DNA of 48,303 nt from a candidate division WOR-3 bacterium (GTDB lineage Bacteria; Hydrothermota; Tepidihabitantia; Tepidihabitantales; Tepidihabitantaceae). The translations under genes and the position numbers were made by a program. The notes under the pieces were generated by a model that was not told the origin of the DNA, did no database searches, and worked only from the letters and a program-made list of their open reading frames with translations. Shown here in pieces: positions 48,180 through 48,303 of this stretch; positions within the stretch are counted from its first letter, which is position 1; every line of letters starts with the position of its first letter. Location of the stretch: assembly GCA_965648905.1 (NCBI GenBank), contig CBFGIT010000020.1:1-48303 (forward strand), written 5' to 3'.

Positions 48180-48303
48180 CTACTTCGCGCTGCCGTGTGA
48201 TAGCACAGCGATAATGTCATAGGGTAATGGCACAAGGAAAATGTCAGTCTTGACAAAGGTGATGCAGTTGCTGGCCGGCACGCTATGATGAGCGCACTAT
48301 GGA

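Noticed and set aside
48240..48303. Plus-strand promoter and gene start at the right edge
   Set aside because: TTGACA (48250) and TATGAT (48284) are too far apart to pair, and any ORF is cut off by the window.

Overview
This is a GC-rich bacterial chromosomal segment. The gene content suggests a diderm anaerobe of the FCB/WOR-3-like radiation; that is an inference from the C-terminally sorted secreted proteins and the metabolic genes, and 16S classification is needed to confirm it. From left to right the window holds: a truncated YVTN beta-propeller gene; an rpmA-MBL hydrolase-fumarase alpha/beta-FeS-flavoprotein operon encoding an anchor-less fumarate reductase-like pair; and a 12.7-kb type IV filament cluster (ABC pair, TPR protein, 4 prepilins of which 3 are GspG-like, fused PilM-PilN, PilO, two orphan proteins, PilQ, PilT, PilD; no PilB or PilC). 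Next come three large secreted beta-propeller proteins with T9SS-CTD-like tails, an esterase, a stand-alone 16S rRNA gene with its own promoter, processing stem and terminator, and groES-groEL-FmdB. The right part has tRNA-Val(TAC), a tRNA-Pro(CGG)-hpt-ade-LOG purine salvage operon, pcm, a two-domain thyX, a secreted PLD, buk-iorAB and a lipoprotein. I found no transposase, integrase or CRISPR array. Non-coding signals read directly from the DNA: 17 sigma70-like promoters (13 with a 16-bp spacer, several apparently leaderless); 7-nt tandem repeats inserted in frame into proteins; and two long intergenic elements that pair a TAA(C/G/T)T-N15-A(A/C/G)TTA palindrome with a decayed 12-bp-periodic tract. 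All product calls come from motif recognition by eye; no database searches were run.
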